From positions 1 through 64,000 of IMG/VR virus record IMGVR_UViG_3300017991_000096: DNA of 64,000 nucleotides; one strand, given 5' to 3'. Of this stretch, positions 7,993 to 17,613 are shown in pieces; the first letter of the stretch is position 1, and each line of letters begins with the position of its first letter. The notes below the pieces were generated by a model, which did not search any database, was not told the DNA's origin, and was given only the letters and a program-made list of their open reading frames with translations. The translations under genes were made by a program, and so were the position numbers. The stretch is from a virus.

Positions 7993-9470
7993 CCCAGAAC
8001 ACCTCCAGTGCCCGTGAACTGGTCCTCCTGCTGCGGAAGCGGCTGGGGGACGATCGGTTCATCCTGCCTGGCTTCTCGCTCCAACTGGACGACAAGTCAT
8101 GCACGGACGCGAGCGTGGAGGTGCGCCAAGGATACCTCCGCACGTTCACCGTCAATGGGGTTCGTGCGGAGGATCTCACCATCGACCTGTCAGACTACGA
8201 TACCAACACCCTTGGTAAGCTGGTCACGTTCATCAACGCGCAGCCTGGATACTGCGCCGTGCCGGATCGGTTGCTCGACACCGACCACCCGGCTATCGAC
8301 ATCGCATCCAAGCCGTTCGGTGACCTCAAGGCACCTGGCGGCGTCGAGTTCAAGCACCGTCGCTGGAGCGACGAGGAGCTTGAGGAGTTGCTGCGGCAGG
8401 GCATCGAGCGACACAACGTCAGCTACGAGCTATCCACAGTCCCTCGCAACGAGTTCCAGTTCGTCCTGAACCTCTCCCACGCGAACGCCCTGCGTGTGCT
8501 CGCCACGAACGCGGTGAAGCGGGCGGGGCTCAACGCCACCGTGTCCGACTTGATCGCGCTCGCGGAGTCCTACGAGACGGCGTACCGCGACGACCGCAAG
8601 AGGCAGGACCGCGCCATCCCAGTCCCCACCATCCGCGACGACGATGTGGGTGAGGGCGATGTCGTCCAGGGCGAGATGTACCGCCGTTCGGGCCGCACAG
8701 GTTTCGTCAGCCCCATGGCTGCCAACCTCCCGCCCGAGCCTCCAGTGCTCCTTGAGCCCTTCGATCAGGACGTGGGCGACACCGTGATCCGTGTCCGGTG
8801 GAAGCGCCCCCGTGACTACGACTTCTACGCGCTCGAAGTGTGGCGCGATACCAAGGAGGACGTGAGGCGTACCCGCACGGGTATCTTCGCTCGCAACCCC
8901 ACGGCGATCAGCCGAGGCGAGCAGTTCGCCCCGACCACGTCCAAGCTCGTGTTTCAGACCTTCGGTGCCAACTCCAACTTCGACACCGTGGGGTTCGCCA
9001 CGTTCTTGGAGGAGTTCGGCCAACTCATCACGTCGTTCATCGACGGAGGCGACAACGTGGACGTGGCAGCGACCGTTGGTGGCGGCCCGCTGGAGCCCGA
9101 GACGACCTACTACTACCGGGTCTACGTCGTGGATCTCAACTACGAGATCATCGACTCCAACACGGTGCGCGCCACTACCAAGCGGCTGCGAGCCCGCGCC
9201 GACCTACAGACCCCGGTGACCCCTGCGCTGGGGCCCCTCGCTGGTGGCACCCTGGTGACGCTCAAGGGCGAGCGCTTCCATGAGGGGATGCGCGTGAGGC
9301 TGGGCGACAAGTTCGTGACTGGACTTACCATCGTTAGTCCCACGGAAGCCACGTTCCTCACGCCACAGTTCCAGAACGACCGCCTCGTCAACCGCAGCCT
9401 CGATCTGGTCATCTTCTCGGACACCGGGCTCGAAGATGTCAACTCGCTCGTCTGGAAGGTGACGGCGTGA
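7989..9470 (+). CDS. Head-tail adaptor fused to FN3-like and IPT/TIG domains
   Basis: LRKRLGD...WSDEELEELL...ALRVLATNA adaptor pattern; LEPETTYYYRVYVVD (FN3); VTPALGPLAGGTLVTLKGERF (IPT/TIG). Confidence 0.65.
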   Translation: MTQNTSSARELVLLLRKRLGDDRFILPGFSLQLDDKSCTDASVEVRQGYLRTFTVNGVRAEDLTIDLSDYDTNTLGKLVTFINAQPGYCAVPDRLLDTDHPAIDIASKPFGDLKAPGGVEFKHRRWSDEELEELLRQGIERHNVSYELSTVPRNEFQFVLNLSHANALRVLATNAVKRAGLNATVSDLIALAESYETAYRDDRKRQDRAIPVPTIRDDDVGEGDVVQGEMYRRSGRTGFVSPMAANLPPEPPVLLEPFDQDVGDTVIRVRWKRPRDYDFYALEVWRDTKEDVRRTRTGIFARNPTAISRGEQFAPTTSKLVFQTFGANSNFDTVGFATFLEEFGQLITSFIDGGDNVDVAATVGGGPLEPETTYYYRVYVVDLNYEIIDSNTVRATTKRLRARADLQTPVTPALGPLAGGTLVTLKGERFHEGMRVRLGDKFVTGLTIVSPTEATFLTPQFQNDRLVNRSLDLVIFSDTGLEDVNSLVWKVTA

Positions 9471-9955
9471 TCGAGATTCGCATGGAGAACCCGGAGAAGT
9501 TCGACCGGGCCATCAGCACGCTCGACAGGGCGTCCAAGCAGTTCCTCGCCCAGATGAACACGGTCGTCGCCAAAAGCGTGGACGAGGCCCGCGACGCGCT
9601 CAAGGATGCCATCTACGGTCGAGGCGGGCAGATCCAGCTTCGGCTGCGCTCGCTCTCTCGCCAGTGGCTCGATACCAAGGCTGCGAAGGGCTGGCGCATG
9701 GAGACGTTGCGCCGGCTCGACCAGTACGTCGAGGCTATCGGCACCCGCCACCACGGCAGGAAGCACTACCTGGGTCTGCCGAAGCGGCGCTACCCTGGTA
9801 CGAAGATCACCTACGCCCAGCTTGCGCTGTTCCTCGAAAACGGTACGCGCTCGATGGACCCCATCCCCCACTGGCAACCTACGAAGAAGTGGCTCGTCCA
9901 ACGTGTCCGCACTGCCGCGGGGAAGGAGGTCGCTCGTGCCCTATCTTTCCGTTGA
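9467..9955 (+). CDS. Neck / tail-completion protein (HK97 gp10-like)
   Basis: LALFLENGTRSMDPIPHWQPT resembles the A..lE.GT..mp.rP motif; neck position. Confidence 0.55.
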   Translation: MIEIRMENPEKFDRAISTLDRASKQFLAQMNTVVAKSVDEARDALKDAIYGRGGQIQLRLRSLSRQWLDTKAAKGWRMETLRRLDQYVEAIGTRHHGRKHYLGLPKRRYPGTKITYAQLALFLENGTRSMDPIPHWQPTKKWLVQRVRTAAGKEVARALSFR

Positions 9956-10775
9956 TCGAGGCATCGCCACGCGCTTTGCCCGTGCTGCTGAGTTCATGCA
10001 CCGCAGGAAGTACCCCATTCTGCGGTTCCCTCAGATCGATCCCACCGATCCGCTTCCAAGCGAGACGCCCACGGATGCTTTCCTTGGTGGCTTCTACGCC
10101 AAGGATGCGACGAAGTCAGACCCGATCCGGCTGGAGACGCCGCTCGGTGGACGCTCGCGCCTCGTGAACGTCTACGAGTACGAAAAGAGCGGGCAGGATG
10201 CGGCGGACTGGCCCGCGATCACCTACAGGTTCGTGGATGAGCGGTTCCGTGCCGAGAACTACCACCCCATCGACCCGCTCGCGGACAACTGCCGCGACTG
10301 CGGGTTCACGACGGATGCCGTGACGGGCGAGGTCAAGAGCGGCCCCGACACCGTCACCATCCTCGACCACCCCGACCCCATCACCTTGGAGTACGAGATC
10401 AAGGTGTGGGCTCAGACCAAAGAGGAGGGCTACGCCCTGCTCTCGCTGGTCAAGCGACTGTTCCCCGCGCGCACCTTCCTTGAGGTGTGCCGGCGGGACC
10501 GTAGCGTTGTCACCTACGATGTCATCCGTACCCGCGGTCCCGTATGGGCTGGCGGACTCGACCCCACCCTGCCGGAAGGTGACCCCGGAGAACGCTTCTA
10601 CTCGTGGGCTATCACCTACGAGGTCGAGGCTTACGAAGATAACACCTTGGAGGCCGGTGAGGCCGGGGACATCCACCCGACCATCCTCCAGCGGTGCGTA
10701 ACCATCGAACCACGGGACACCGAAGGCGATCCGGCGCCGGATGGTGTACCCTTTGAAACACCAGGGAGGTGCTGA
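9936..10775 (+). CDS. Tail terminator-like protein
   Basis: GTG start at 9936 after AAGGAGGT; WPAITYRF...PDPITLEYEIKVWA pattern; lies before the sheath. Confidence 0.55.
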   Translation: MPYLSVDRGIATRFARAAEFMHRRKYPILRFPQIDPTDPLPSETPTDAFLGGFYAKDATKSDPIRLETPLGGRSRLVNVYEYEKSGQDAADWPAITYRFVDERFRAENYHPIDPLADNCRDCGFTTDAVTGEVKSGPDTVTILDHPDPITLEYEIKVWAQTKEEGYALLSLVKRLFPARTFLEVCRRDRSVVTYDVIRTRGPVWAGGLDPTLPEGDPGERFYSWAITYEVEAYEDNTLEAGEAGDIHPTILQRCVTIEPRDTEGDPAPDGVPFETPGRC

Positions 10776-10778
10776 CCC

Positions 10779-11117
10779 ATGTACGAAGTCAAGAACCTGC
10801 GCACCCGCCAAACGACCCTTGCCCTTCCTGGTAAGGGCATCGTCCTGACCCGCCGTGGTCGCAAGGGAGACAGCGCACTCATTCTCGACCGGGAGAAAGA
10901 CGACCCGGCAGTCCAGGCACTCGTGAAAGCGAAAGCCATCCGCATCTCGCGGACCAGTCACGGCGAGACGCCCGACACCCCCGTGGTGAAGGCCGAGCTT
11001 CAACGCATCGCCGCCACGAACAGCGCCCACGAGCGCGCCGCCATCCGAGCTCGCGGCGAGGTGCCGTCGAGCAACCCCGTCGCCAAGAAGCGCTCCAGCA
11101 AGCGCAAGGAGGACTAA
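10779..11117 (+). CDS. Small pre-sheath hypothetical protein
   Basis: GGGAGG RBS; packed between terminator and sheath genes. Confidence 0.7.
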   Translation: MYEVKNLRTRQTTLALPGKGIVLTRRGRKGDSALILDREKDDPAVQALVKAKAIRISRTSHGETPDTPVVKAELQRIAATNSAHERAAIRARGEVPSSNPVAKKRSSKRKED

Positions 11118-11120
11118 CCC

Positions 11121-13592
11121 ATGGTCGATTTCCTCAGCCCCGAAGTGATCGTTCGGGAGCAGCCGTCCAGCGCGGTTGCTCCTCCGAGCGTTCCATCGTC
11201 CATCCCCTACATGCTCGCCACTGCCGAGCGTGGCCCCATCAACCGCCCGCAACTGGTCATCGGGATCGAGGACTACGCTTCGATCTACGGGACCGACGAC
11301 GGCGGCGACGGCTTCCAGTCCGTCGTGGGGTTCTTCCTCAACGGCGGGCGTCGCATGTACGCCAACCGGGTGGCCCACTACCTCAACATCCTCGACCCCC
11401 TCACCCTGACTGCGGTTGCTGCCGCACTCACGGCGAACACGTCGGGGACGGCAGCCACGGCAGCGAGCACCACGGTCACCCCTGACGGGCCCTGGGACTT
11501 CTCGCTGGCGAACGGGGTCGTGCAGCCGCCGACCTTGATTGCCTCCATCGACGGCAACCCGGCCGACACCGCCACCATCCTCGGTACGCCGGCTGTGCTC
11601 ACGGCTCCTGGCGCCCCTGGTGGCGTCGGCACACCGGGCGACACGCTGACGTTCACCGTCAACGGCCAGACTCAGGTCTACACCGTGCCTGTCGCTCCGC
11701 CGACCACGGCGGCTGAGTGGGCCCTGGACATCGCTGCCCAGCTTCCCGGTGTCTTTGGCGCCGTGCTTGGCGGCGCTGTCGTGCTCACGACTGACCGCGA
11801 GGGCTCCAGCGCCCAGGTGGACTACGTCAGCGGCACGGGAACCGCGGGCGTGGACTCTGGCTTTGGTGCAGGGCCCGTGTTGGGCGTCAACGCTGGCCCC
11901 AACAACGTCGCGGACAAGAGCGTGGTCACCCCGACCGAACTCGCCGCGATCCTGCTCTCGGACTGGGCCTCTGGTGGTGGCGTCGCTACTGCCGTCGTGG
12001 GCGACACCGTGCAGGTGGACACGAACACCACCGGGTCTGCCGGCAGCATCGGCGCCGTCTCGGGCACCATCATCACGGCAGGCGTGGTGAGCTTCAACCC
12101 GTTGCCGCCCATCACGGGCGCCAACGCAGGGTCGCCCACCGTCCCGACGCTGGACTTCGCGGCGACCTCTGAGGGTGAGCACGGCAACTTCCTCGCCGTG
12201 ACCACTCGCCGCCGCGACCGGGTCATCTCTCTCATCACTGACGACATCACGGGCGGCGTGACCGAGATCCAGGTGGACGTGACCACGCAGTACCGCGTGG
12301 GGATGCAGATCTTGATCGAGGACCCCGTCACCCTGGGTGTCATGCGAGCCATCGTGCTCAAGGTCATCGGCAACCGTGTGCTGCTCGACACGACCTACAC
12401 CCCGAGCGCGAACATCCTCGTGGTGAACTCTCCCACGGTGACCAAGGAAACCTTCGACGTTACCTTCATCATCGACGGTGAGGCAGACGAGCCCTACGGG
12501 GACTTGTCCATGAGCCCCAGCGACGTGGGGTTCTACGTCGGAAACGTCATCGGCATCGACCCGACCCAGTTGGACCCGCGCCAACGGATCTACGTCGAGC
12601 AGGACTACGCGGTGGCGCTCGCCAACGACGTGGACCCGCGCCCGGTGGACATCACGGCGCAGCCCCTCACGGGCGGCATCAACTCCGACCCGCTCACGGA
12701 CAACGACTACGTGGGGTCCGACGTGACCAACACGGGCCTGTTCGCCCTCGACATCGTCAACGACTTCGACATGGGCACCGTGCCCGGCATCGAGACGGTG
12801 GCGGTCCACAACGCCATGCTGGACTACGCCTCGCGCCGCGAGGACCACGTCGCCATCATGGAGTCGCCGGAAAACCTCACCCCGACCCAGGTCAACACCT
12901 ACAAGAACGTCACTGCCAACCTGTTTGGCACCTACGGCATCATGTACGCGGGTCGCATCCAGGTTCTCCGCTCCTCGACGGGGCAGGCTGAGCCCTTCCC
13001 GGCTGCGATGTACGCCGCGGGTGCCTACGCCCGCACGGACCAGACGCGGAACATCAGCGAGGCACCGGCAGGGGTCGAGAAGGGGCAGCTTCGCGGCACC
13101 CTTGGTATGTCTGACGGCAACCTCTACGCGGACAAGGGGAACCGAGACACCATCTACCCCGAGGGCATCAACCCGATCTGGTCGAAGCCAGGCCAGGGCG
13201 TCGTGATGTGGGGTCAGAACACCCTCGACCCCGGATCCGACCGCGGCGCCATCGGTGTGCGCCGTGCGTTCATCTTCTTGCGCAAGGGTCTACAGGCGCT
13301 CTCCGAGTTCGTCCTGTTCGAGATCAACACCCCCTCCCTGCGAGGACGGTGGCGCAAGCTGGCGACCGGCTACCTCCGCGAGCAGCGGCGGGCCGGCATC
13401 ATCAAGGGTGCGTCGGACGATGAGGGGTTCTTCATCGTGTGCGACGAGAGCAACAACCCTCCGAGCGTTGTCAACGCGCGGAAGTTCTTTGCGCGCGTCG
13501 GCGTCAACGTGCTTCCTGGCATCGACTTCGCGGTCATCGACATCGAGCGCGACACTCGTGCTCTCGACGCAGAGTTGGCCTCCGCGGCCTAA
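11121..13592 (+). CDS. Contractile tail sheath protein
   Basis: SPEVIVRE, AERGPINRPQL, FFLNGG, AGAYARTD...APAG, GINPI, VMWGQNTL, IGVRR, FVLFEIN, FFIVCDESNN. Confidence 0.95.
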   Translation: MVDFLSPEVIVREQPSSAVAPPSVPSSIPYMLATAERGPINRPQLVIGIEDYASIYGTDDGGDGFQSVVGFFLNGGRRMYANRVAHYLNILDPLTLTAVAAALTANTSGTAATAASTTVTPDGPWDFSLANGVVQPPTLIASIDGNPADTATILGTPAVLTAPGAPGGVGTPGDTLTFTVNGQTQVYTVPVAPPTTAAEWALDIAAQLPGVFGAVLGGAVVLTTDREGSSAQVDYVSGTGTAGVDSGFGAGPVLGVNAGPNNVADKSVVTPTELAAILLSDWASGGGVATAVVGDTVQVDTNTTGSAGSIGAVSGTIITAGVVSFNPLPPITGANAGSPTVPTLDFAATSEGEHGNFLAVTTRRRDRVISLITDDITGGVTEIQVDVTTQYRVGMQILIEDPVTLGVMRAIVLKVIGNRVLLDTTYTPSANILVVNSPTVTKETFDVTFIIDGEADEPYGDLSMSPSDVGFYVGNVIGIDPTQLDPRQRIYVEQDYAVALANDVDPRPVDITAQPLTGGINSDPLTDNDYVGSDVTNTGLFALDIVNDFDMGTVPGIETVAVHNAMLDYASRREDHVAIMESPENLTPTQVNTYKNVTANLFGTYGIMYAGRIQVLRSSTGQAEPFPAAMYAAGAYARTDQTRNISEAPAGVEKGQLRGTLGMSDGNLYADKGNRDTIYPEGINPIWSKPGQGVVMWGQNTLDPGSDRGAIGVRRAFIFLRKGLQALSEFVLFEINTPSLRGRWRKLATGYLREQRRAGIIKGASDDEGFFIVCDESNNPPSVVNARKFFARVGVNVLPGIDFAVIDIERDTRALDAELASAA

Positions 13593-13610
13593 CCATCGAA
13601 GGAGTAAGCC

Positions 13611-14150
13611 ATGCCTGGACGTGCAAGCACTCAAGACCCGCTCAAGGTCTTCAACTACGCTGTCGAGATCGACGGCTTCAAACGACTCGGCTTTGCCGAG
13701 GTCACCGGCCTCAAGGCCAACACCGAGGTGGTGGAGTACCGCGAAGGCGGCATGAACGAGTCCGTCCGCAAGAGCGCGGGCCTCTCGTCCTACGACAACA
13801 TCACCTTCAAGCGGGGTCAGATCATCGACCCCAACGAGGAGGGGGAGGACGACTTCTACGACTGGTATCTCCAAGTCCAGTCCGTCCGTACCCAGGGCTA
13901 CAACGACCCCGACTACCGCCGAAACATCACCGTCGTCCAGTTCAACCGGGACGGCACTGTGGCTCGACGGTGGAACATCGTGAACGCCTGGCCTTGCGGA
14001 TACGTGCCGTTCTCCGACCTGAACGGCACCGAGTCGTCCGACTCGATGGAGGAGATCGAGGTCTGCCATGAGGGCTTCGAGTTGGAAGGCGGACGCCCGC
14101 CACCTGGGATCGGCCAGTCCATCTCTCCGTCGCTCGGCATCGGCTCGTAG
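13611..14150 (+). CDS. Tail tube protein (T4 gp19 / eCIS type)
   Basis: DPLKVFNYAVEIDG, GFAEVTGL, VEYREGG, NITFKRG, WNIVNAWP. Confidence 0.95.
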   Translation: MPGRASTQDPLKVFNYAVEIDGFKRLGFAEVTGLKANTEVVEYREGGMNESVRKSAGLSSYDNITFKRGQIIDPNEEGEDDFYDWYLQVQSVRTQGYNDPDYRRNITVVQFNRDGTVARRWNIVNAWPCGYVPFSDLNGTESSDSMEEIEVCHEGFELEGGRPPPGIGQSISPSLGIGS

Positions 14151-14338
14151 TCTGGCGGCTTAGGGGGCGGCCTGTACCGCCAGCAGGACGGGTTGGCCAT
14201 GCCCGTGGTAAAATCCCCGCCCCCTGGACCCTACAACTGAATATCTCGAACTCGCCCCTCCGGTCCTCATAGGGCCGACCTGCACTCACCCGACCGCCCG
14301 CGCCACGGGCACCACTCATCACCACACTGGAGTCAAGA

Positions 14339-15142
14339 ATGTCTCATCAAGCCACCACCACCACCGAGCTTCCCTGCGGGTACATGACCCCTGACGGGAG
14401 GCTCTTGAAGTTTGCCACCCTGCGCGAGATGGAGACGCGCGAGGAGAAGATCCTCGGGTCCTCCAACCCAGACATCATGCAGGTCGTCGCCAACTGCCTC
14501 GTCGGCGTTGGGACGGAGGACGAACCCTCGCTCATCAGTGACCGGGCGACCCTCAAGGACGAGGTCTGCCCCGAACTGCTCAAGGGCGACTACGACTGGT
14601 TGCTCGTCCAGCTTCGGATCCTCTCGCTGGGGCCCGAGTACGACTACACCGTTCTCTGCCCGAACACCCAGTGTAAGAAGGAGAGCAAGCATACCTACGA
14701 TCTCGACAACATCGAGGTCAAGGAGATGCCAGACCCGGAGGAGCGGATGATGACTTGGGAGGCGCGTTCGGGCTCGACGCTGGAGTTCCGCCACCTTCGG
14801 GGCGTGGACACCGAGATGCTGACGGAGATCAGCCAGTCGAACCAGGACGTGCTCGGTAAGCTGCTCGCGCTCCATCTCGTCAGCATCGACGGCAAGGGCG
14901 TCTCCGAGTTGGCGAAGCACCGCAAGGTCAAGACGGGAGCCCAGCATCTCAAGGCCGCGGTCAAGCTGCTCGACAAGGAGGTGCCATCCTACGGCGAGCG
15001 GACCAAGATTCGGGCCATGCTTCTCAAGGCCCGCGGTATGCCCGACGTGGATGTGATCTCAACCTGCCCCCACTGCGGGAGCGAGTGGACGCATAGGATG
15101 CCCATTGATCCGGGTTTTCTCATGCCCTCGGCGGCGGTCTAA
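14339..15142 (+). CDS. Tail assembly chaperone (T4 gp26-like, two CxxC-type motifs)
   Basis: LREMETREEKIL, LLKGDYDWLLVQLRILSLGPEY, CPNTQC, CPHC; between tube and tape measure. Confidence 0.8.
   Translation: MSHQATTTTELPCGYMTPDGRLLKFATLREMETREEKILGSSNPDIMQVVANCLVGVGTEDEPSLISDRATLKDEVCPELLKGDYDWLLVQLRILSLGPEYDYTVLCPNTQCKKESKHTYDLDNIEVKEMPDPEERMMTWEARSGSTLEFRHLRGVDTEMLTEISQSNQDVLGKLLALHLVSIDGKGVSELAKHRKVKTGAQHLKAAVKLLDKEVPSYGERTKIRAMLLKARGMPDVDVISTCPHCGSEWTHRMPIDPGFLMPSAAV
15112..15118 (+). other. Putative -1 programmed frameshift heptamer G-GGT-TTT
   Basis: X-XXY-YYZ in the correct phase. The -1 frame opens after TGA 15106-15108 and runs without a stop to 15360. Confidence 0.65.
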
Positions 15143-15174
15143 GGAACTCGTTTTGGTACCCCATCGCGCACTCC

Positions 15175-15360
15175 GTGACCGTGCCAGCCTGGCGGAACTT
15201 GGAACTGATGTGGCACGAGTTTCATCAAGCCCTACTCGCGGAGCGCTGGCACTGGGGACCAGACGCCATCGAGGGTATGCCCATCTCTGTTCGCAACCGG
15301 CTGGTGGACTCGGTCGTGGAGATCGTCTCTGCTGAGAAGCGCAAACTAACGCAGGACTAA
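15175..15360 (+). CDS. Tail chaperone extension (gpT-like), probably reached by frameshift
   Basis: WHWGPDAIEGMPISVRNRLV pattern; no clear RBS; in the -1 frame of the chaperone. Confidence 0.65.
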   Translation: MTVPAWRNLELMWHEFHQALLAERWHWGPDAIEGMPISVRNRLVDSVVEIVSAEKRKLTQD

Positions 15361-15363
15361 ACC

Positions 15364-17613
15364 ATGGACGAGACGGCCGAGTTCGGATTCATCTTCAACG
15401 TCAAGGGCAACGCCGAAAAGGCGTTCAAGCGGATGTCGGGCTACCTCAAGTCCATCACCGCAGAGTCCAGGGCGTCGGCGCGCTCCTATCGTGCGCCCCG
15501 AGACGAGTTCGGCCGTTTCGTCAGCCAGGGAACCAAGGGCGCTGTCGGTTTCGCGGGCAGCATCGGGCAGGTGTCCTCCGCCCTCTCCGACGCCACAGGT
15601 CAGATCACGGCGCTCACGAGTGCCGCCTCCAACTTCTTCGGCGGGTTCGTGCGGCAGGGCGTCCAGACAGCCGCAGCCATCGAGGAGAGCAACGCCCGAC
15701 TCGCGTTCGGTCTATCCAAGATGGGTATGCCGTTTGACGAGATCAACGACCGGATCGATGAGGTGTCCCTCAAGACCGTGCTTACTCGCGCGGACTTGCA
15801 GGACATGGTGTCCGAGCTAGCCATTCAGAGGATCAACGCTTTTGATACTGCCCTCGACAGCCTCCAGTACACGGCTACCGATGGTAGTAAGAAAACCATC
15901 TCTGCCGTGGAGTCCATCGCTGACGCCGTGGCGTTCTCAGGTAAGAACGTCAACCGCGTCATGTTCTCCATCAAGGAGACGGTGTCTGAGGGCAAGATCC
16001 GCCCTGGCCGCTTCCTGTCCGACGACTTGAACCTCGCCCGTGACGAGGTGAAGAAGTGGAACAAGGAACTCGACAAGGCCAAGAGCAACCAGGAGCGGTT
16101 CAACACCCTCATGGGCCTGATCACCGATCGCGTCGGCGGCACCACGGGCGCCCTCGGTGACACCCTCAACTTTACCCTCCAGCAGATTGACGACTGGGTG
16201 GACAAGATCAGCAGCGAGGCGTTCAAGGGCGTGCTGCCGGTCATCCGCGACCTTGTCCGCGAGATCGGGGAATGGTTCCTGACCGTTACCAAGGAAGGCT
16301 ACATGGACAAGGTGCGCGAGGCGTTTACCGACCTTGCGAAGCAAGCCGCAGCGGTCGCGCGCTTCATGTTCAACGTCGCCACTGCCGTTTTCGAGTTCGT
16401 GCGGATGAACCCGTGGGTCATCAAGCTCGTCTCCTACCTCATCGCGGCAGGCGTCGCGCTGGGGACCATCGTCGGCGCCATCGCCAGTGTTGCCGCTGTG
16501 GTCCTCGCGTTCCAGGCCCTCTGGGCTGCGCTGCCCGCCGTCATCGCTGCCGTCCAGGCTGCCGTGGTCGCGCTGTTCACCACCGTCCTCCCGTACACGC
16601 TGCTGCTCGGTCTGGTCGTCGGCGGGCTCGTCGTCGGCTTCATGGCGCTTGCCAAGGTCATGCTCGGCGGCAAGGACTGGGCCGACACATGGGAGCGCGT
16701 CAAGCTGGTCCTCTCCGCGATCTGGGAGGGCATCAAGGGTATGACGGGTGACTCCGCCACGCTCTCGAAAGAGACAGCCATGGCGCTACAGAAAGCCGGG
16801 TTGCTCGATTTCGTGTGGAACTTCCTGCGCGTCCTCAACCGGGTCAAGAAGATGGCGATCACCGTCTACCAGACCTTCATGGGGTATTGGCCGGCGATTC
16901 AGGAGGCGGGCGTGCGCATCTGGGGGTCCATCTCTCGCGCCGTCGAGTCCTTCGCCCGCATCTTCGGCATCAACACGAAGGGGATGCAGAAGGGTGCTGA
17001 CACGACCATGGACTCGTGGGTCGAGACGGGCATCGCCATTGGCGAGGTCTTCGCCCACATCATCCTGTTCATCGTCATGCTCGTGGAGTGGATCGCCAAG
17101 GCTATCGAAGGCATGGCGAACCTGTACGAAAAGGCGACGCAGGTGGGCGAGGGCATCGCAGACTGGGCGGCCGACTGGACAGGTGTAGGCGTACAGGAGG
17201 AGGAGAGAACGTCAGTTCGCGGCGCACCGGGCTTTATGGGCCAAGGTGCTATGGCTGCGGGAGCCCCTGCCCGTGGGGCTCCAGGCTTCCTCGGACAAGG
17301 TGCCGCTGCCAGCATCGTCACGCCGCGCGAAGCTCTCCAGCAGAAAAACCAGAAAGAGGCCGCCGACGCCCTGGCGAGTATGAGCGAACTCCAGCGCAGG
17401 CGCCTGGTCGAGCTACAGGACGAGAAGCGTGCAGCACTCGCAGGTGGCGACCGCAAGAGCGCGGCCGTCATCGACGACAAGGTAATGAAGGAGTTTGGAA
17501 AGACCATCGCCAACGCCGTCGCCAAGGCCCCGCTCAAGGTCAACATCGACGGGAAGAACGTGACTGACCTGATCGCAGAGCAGTCCCAGCAGAACAGAGA
17601 GGCAGGTGCCTGA
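15364..17613 (+). CDS. Tape measure protein
   Basis: 749 aa, helical, RDEFGRF motif, central hydrophobic segments, position after the chaperones. Confidence 0.9.
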   Translation: MDETAEFGFIFNVKGNAEKAFKRMSGYLKSITAESRASARSYRAPRDEFGRFVSQGTKGAVGFAGSIGQVSSALSDATGQITALTSAASNFFGGFVRQGVQTAAAIEESNARLAFGLSKMGMPFDEINDRIDEVSLKTVLTRADLQDMVSELAIQRINAFDTALDSLQYTATDGSKKTISAVESIADAVAFSGKNVNRVMFSIKETVSEGKIRPGRFLSDDLNLARDEVKKWNKELDKAKSNQERFNTLMGLITDRVGGTTGALGDTLNFTLQQIDDWVDKISSEAFKGVLPVIRDLVREIGEWFLTVTKEGYMDKVREAFTDLAKQAAAVARFMFNVATAVFEFVRMNPWVIKLVSYLIAAGVALGTIVGAIASVAAVVLAFQALWAALPAVIAAVQAAVVALFTTVLPYTLLLGLVVGGLVVGFMALAKVMLGGKDWADTWERVKLVLSAIWEGIKGMTGDSATLSKETAMALQKAGLLDFVWNFLRVLNRVKKMAITVYQTFMGYWPAIQEAGVRIWGSISRAVESFARIFGINTKGMQKGADTTMDSWVETGIAIGEVFAHIILFIVMLVEWIAKAIEGMANLYEKATQVGEGIADWAADWTGVGVQEEERTSVRGAPGFMGQGAMAAGAPARGAPGFLGQGAAASIVTPREALQQKNQKEAADALASMSELQRRRLVELQDEKRAALAGGDRKSAAVIDDKVMKEFGKTIANAVAKAPLKVNIDGKNVTDLIAEQSQQNREAGA

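Noticed and set aside
10116-12848. 910-aa minus-strand ORF and many other long antisense or alternate-frame ORFs
   Set aside because: They are shadows of GC3-biased + strand genes (for example, antisense to the sheath), with no motifs or RBS.
14151-14230. HDV-like/theta, twister or hammerhead ribozyme
   Set aside because: It lacks the HDV P3/L3 core and the hammerhead CUGANGA/GAAA and twister cores. Kept only as an unclassified structure.
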